From assembly GCF_023055435.1 (NCBI RefSeq), contig NW_025964001.1:39804001-39868000 (forward strand): a DNA stretch of 64,000 nt, given 5' to 3'. The notes under the pieces were generated by a model. That model was given only the letters and a program-made list of their open reading frames with translations. It was not told the DNA's origin and did not search any database. Made by a program: the position numbers and the translations under genes. How positions within the stretch are numbered: the stretch's first letter is position 1; each line of letters begins with the position of its first letter. Below are positions 61,592-64,000 of the stretch, piece after piece. Origin of the DNA: Haliotis rufescens (lineage: Eukaryota).

Positions 61592-63945
61592 TTAGTAAAT
61601 CAGATTATTGGGCCGACGGAATATGCACTGACCATAGGGTCTATCGTATGTATTTGTCCCCGTGTGTGGGCATTTATATGTACATGTAGTTGTTTTTGGA
61701 GTTGTACTAGTGGGCGTGTTGGGAGTTGTACTAGTTGGCGTGTTGGGAGTTGTTGTACTAGTGGGCGTGTTGGGAGTTGTACTAGTGGGCGTGTTGGGAG
61801 TTGTTGTACTAGTGGTCGTGTTGGGAGTTGTTGTACTAGTGGGCGTGTTGGGAGTTGTTGTAGTAGTGGGCGTGTTGGGAGTTGTTGTACTAGTGGGCGT
61901 GTTGGGAGTTGTTGTACTAGTGGGCGTGTTGGGAGTTGTTGTACAAGTGGGCGTGTTGGGAGTTGTTGTACTAGTGGGCGTGTTGGGAGTTGTACTAGTG
62001 GGCGTGTTGGGAGTTGTTGTACTAGTGGGCGTGTTGGGGGTTGTTGTGCTAGTGGGCGTGTTGGGAGTTGTTGTATTAGTAGGCGTGTTGGGAGTTGTTG
62101 TACAAGTTGGCGTGTTGGGGGTTGTTGTACTAGTGGGCGTGTTGGGAGTTGTATTAATGGGCGTGTTGGGAGTTGTTGTACTAGTGGGCGTGTTGGGAGT
62201 TGTTGTACTAGTGGGCGTGTTGGGAGTTGTACTAGTGGGCGTGTTGGAAGTTGTACTAGTGGGCGTGTTGGGAGTTGTTGTTTTAGTGGCGTGTTTTGGA
62301 GTTGTTGTGCTAGTGGGCGTGTTGGGAGTTGTTGTATTAGTGGGCGTGTTAGGAGTTGTTACACAAGTTGGCGTGTTGGGAGTTGTTGTACTAGTGGGCG
62401 TGTTGAGAGTTGTTGTACTAGCGGGCGTGTCGGGAGTTGTTGTACCAGTGGGCGTGTTGGGAGTTGTACTAGTGGGCGTGTTGGGGGTTGTTGTACTAGT
62501 GGGCGTGTTGGGGGTTGTTGTGCTAGTGGGCGTGTTGGGAGTTGTTGTATTAGTAGGCGTGTTGGGAGTTGTTGTACAAGTTGGCGTGTTGGGGGTTGTT
62601 GTACTAGTGGGCGTGTTGGGAGTTGTATTAATGGGCGTGTTGGGAGTTGTTGTACTAGTGGGCGTGTTGGGAGTTGTTGTACTAGTGGGCGTGTTGGGAG
62701 TTGTACTAGTGGGCGTGTTGGAAGTTGTACTAGTGGGCGTGTTGGGAGTTGTTGTATTAGTGGCGTGTTTTGGAGTTGTTGTGCTAGTGGGCGTGTTGGG
62801 AGTTGTTGTATTAGTGGGCGTGTTAGGAGTTGTTACACAAGTTGGCGTGTTGGGAGTTGTTGTACTAGTGGGCGTGTTGAGAGTTGTTGTACTAGCGGGC
62901 GTGTCGGGAGTTGTTGTACCAGTGGGCGTGTTGGAAGTTGTTGTGCTAGTAGGCGTGTTGGGAGTTGTTGTGCTAGTGGGCGTGTTGGGAGTTGTTGTAC
63001 CAGTGGGCGTGTTGGAAGTTGTTGTGCTAGTAGGCGTGTTGGGAGTTGTTGTACTAGTGGGCGTGTTGGGAGTTGTTGTACTAGTGGGCGTGTTGGGAGT
63101 TGTTGTGCTAGTGGGCGTGTTGGGAGTTGTTGTGCTAGTAGGCGTGTTGGGAGTTGTTGTACAAGTTGGCGTGTTGGGAGTTGTTGAACTAGTGGGTGTG
63201 TTTGGAGTTGTTGAGCTAGTGGGCGTGTTGGGAGTTGTTGTGCTAGTTGGCGTGTTGGGAGTTGTACTAGAGGGAGTTGTGGGAGTTGTTGTACTAGTGG
63301 GCGTGGTGGGGGTTGTTGTGCTAGTGGGCGTGTTGGGAGTTCTTGTACTAGTGGGCGTGTTGGGAGTTGTAGTACTAGTGGGCGTGTTGGGAGTTGTTGT
63401 ATTAGTAGGTGTGTTGGGAGTTGTTGAACTAGTGGGCGTGTTGGGAGTTGTTGTGCTAGTGGGCGTGTTGGGAGTTGTACTAGAGGGAGTTGTGGGAGTT
63501 GTTGTACTAGTGGGCGTGGTGGGAGTTATATTAGTGGGCGTGGTGGGAGCGATTGTAGTGGGCGTGGTGTCTGTGGTTGCAGTGAGCGTGGTTGCAGTGA
63601 GCGTTGTGGCAGTGATTGTAGTGGGCCTGGTGTCAGTGGATTTAGTGGGCGCGGTGTCAGTAGTTGGCATGGTGGCAGTGGTAGTAGTGGGCGTCGTGGC
63701 TCTGGTTGTAGTGGGCGTTGTGGCAGTGGTTGTAGTGGGCGTGGTTGCAGTGGGCGTTGTGGCAGTGAGTGCAGATGGCGTGGTGGCAATAGTTGTAGTG
63801 GGATTGGTGTCAGTGAATTTAGTGGGTGTGGTGTCAGTGTTTGTAGTGGGCGTGGTGGCTGTGGATTTACTGGGCGTGGTGGCAGTGGTTGTAGTTGGCG
63901 CAGTGACAGTGGTTGTTGTGGGCGTGGTGTCAGTGGTTGTAGAAA
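61592..63945 (-). CDS. Candidate mucin-like Thr/Pro/Ser-rich coding exon
   Basis: Frame stays open for about 780 codons of (STTTPNTPT)n; many unit variants are synonymous third-position changes; no convincing splice acceptor seen before the SINE at 63946. Confidence 0.35.
61690..63940. repeat. Minisatellite, 27/24-bp units, with a 474-bp higher-order duplication
   Basis: Unit gtgggcgtgttgggagttgttgtacta; marker gtattaatgg at 62151 and 62625. Confidence 0.97.
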
Positions 63946-64000
63946 TGAGTGAGTAAGTATCGTTTTACGCCGCTTTAGCAATATTCAAGCAATATCACGG
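63946..64000 (-). mobile_element. SINE family A, 3' end cut by the window edge
   Basis: tgagtgagtaagtatcgttttacgccgctttagcaatattc. Confidence 0.88.

Noticed and set aside
61662-63956. Val/Gly-rich and Cys/Ser-rich plus-strand ORFs
   Set aside because: Antisense shadows of the same repeat with implausible composition

Overview
Repeat-dense, essentially gene-poor eukaryotic (animal) DNA, probably a large intron or intergenic region. The SINE repertoire points to a marine gastropod, most likely abalone (Haliotis); this is recalled similarity, not a search result. There is one assembly gap (8897-9035). Roughly 40% of the window is tandem repeat, in about 15 distinct minisatellite arrays with units of 23-92 bp; these produce all the long ORFs in the track. 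Four short retroposon families recur in many copies, often nested and with clear target-site duplications (TSDs). I label them A (tRNA-Asp/Val-like head), B (tRNA-Leu-like head, V-domain-like body), C (structured non-tRNA head) and D (tRNA head, Meta/MESC-like body). All four share a homologous 3' stem-loop tail. Also present: a Tc1 transposase relic, a CR1/L2-type RT relic, a 5'-truncated R4/Dong-type endonuclease fragment in a (TAA)n tract, and two pogo/Tigger-like MITEs. No host gene can be called confidently; the candidates are a Thr/Pro mucin-like exon (61.6-63.9 kb, minus) and a weak 3-exon small peptide (37.3-39.6 kb). The most unusual observations are (i) a head-to-head SINE pair whose 73-bp spacer core is identical at two loci 31 kb apart although the SINE arms have diverged, (ii) compensatory base changes in the 5' RNA structure of family C, a candidate ribozyme or promoter module, and (iii) covariation in the 3' stem shared by the four families.
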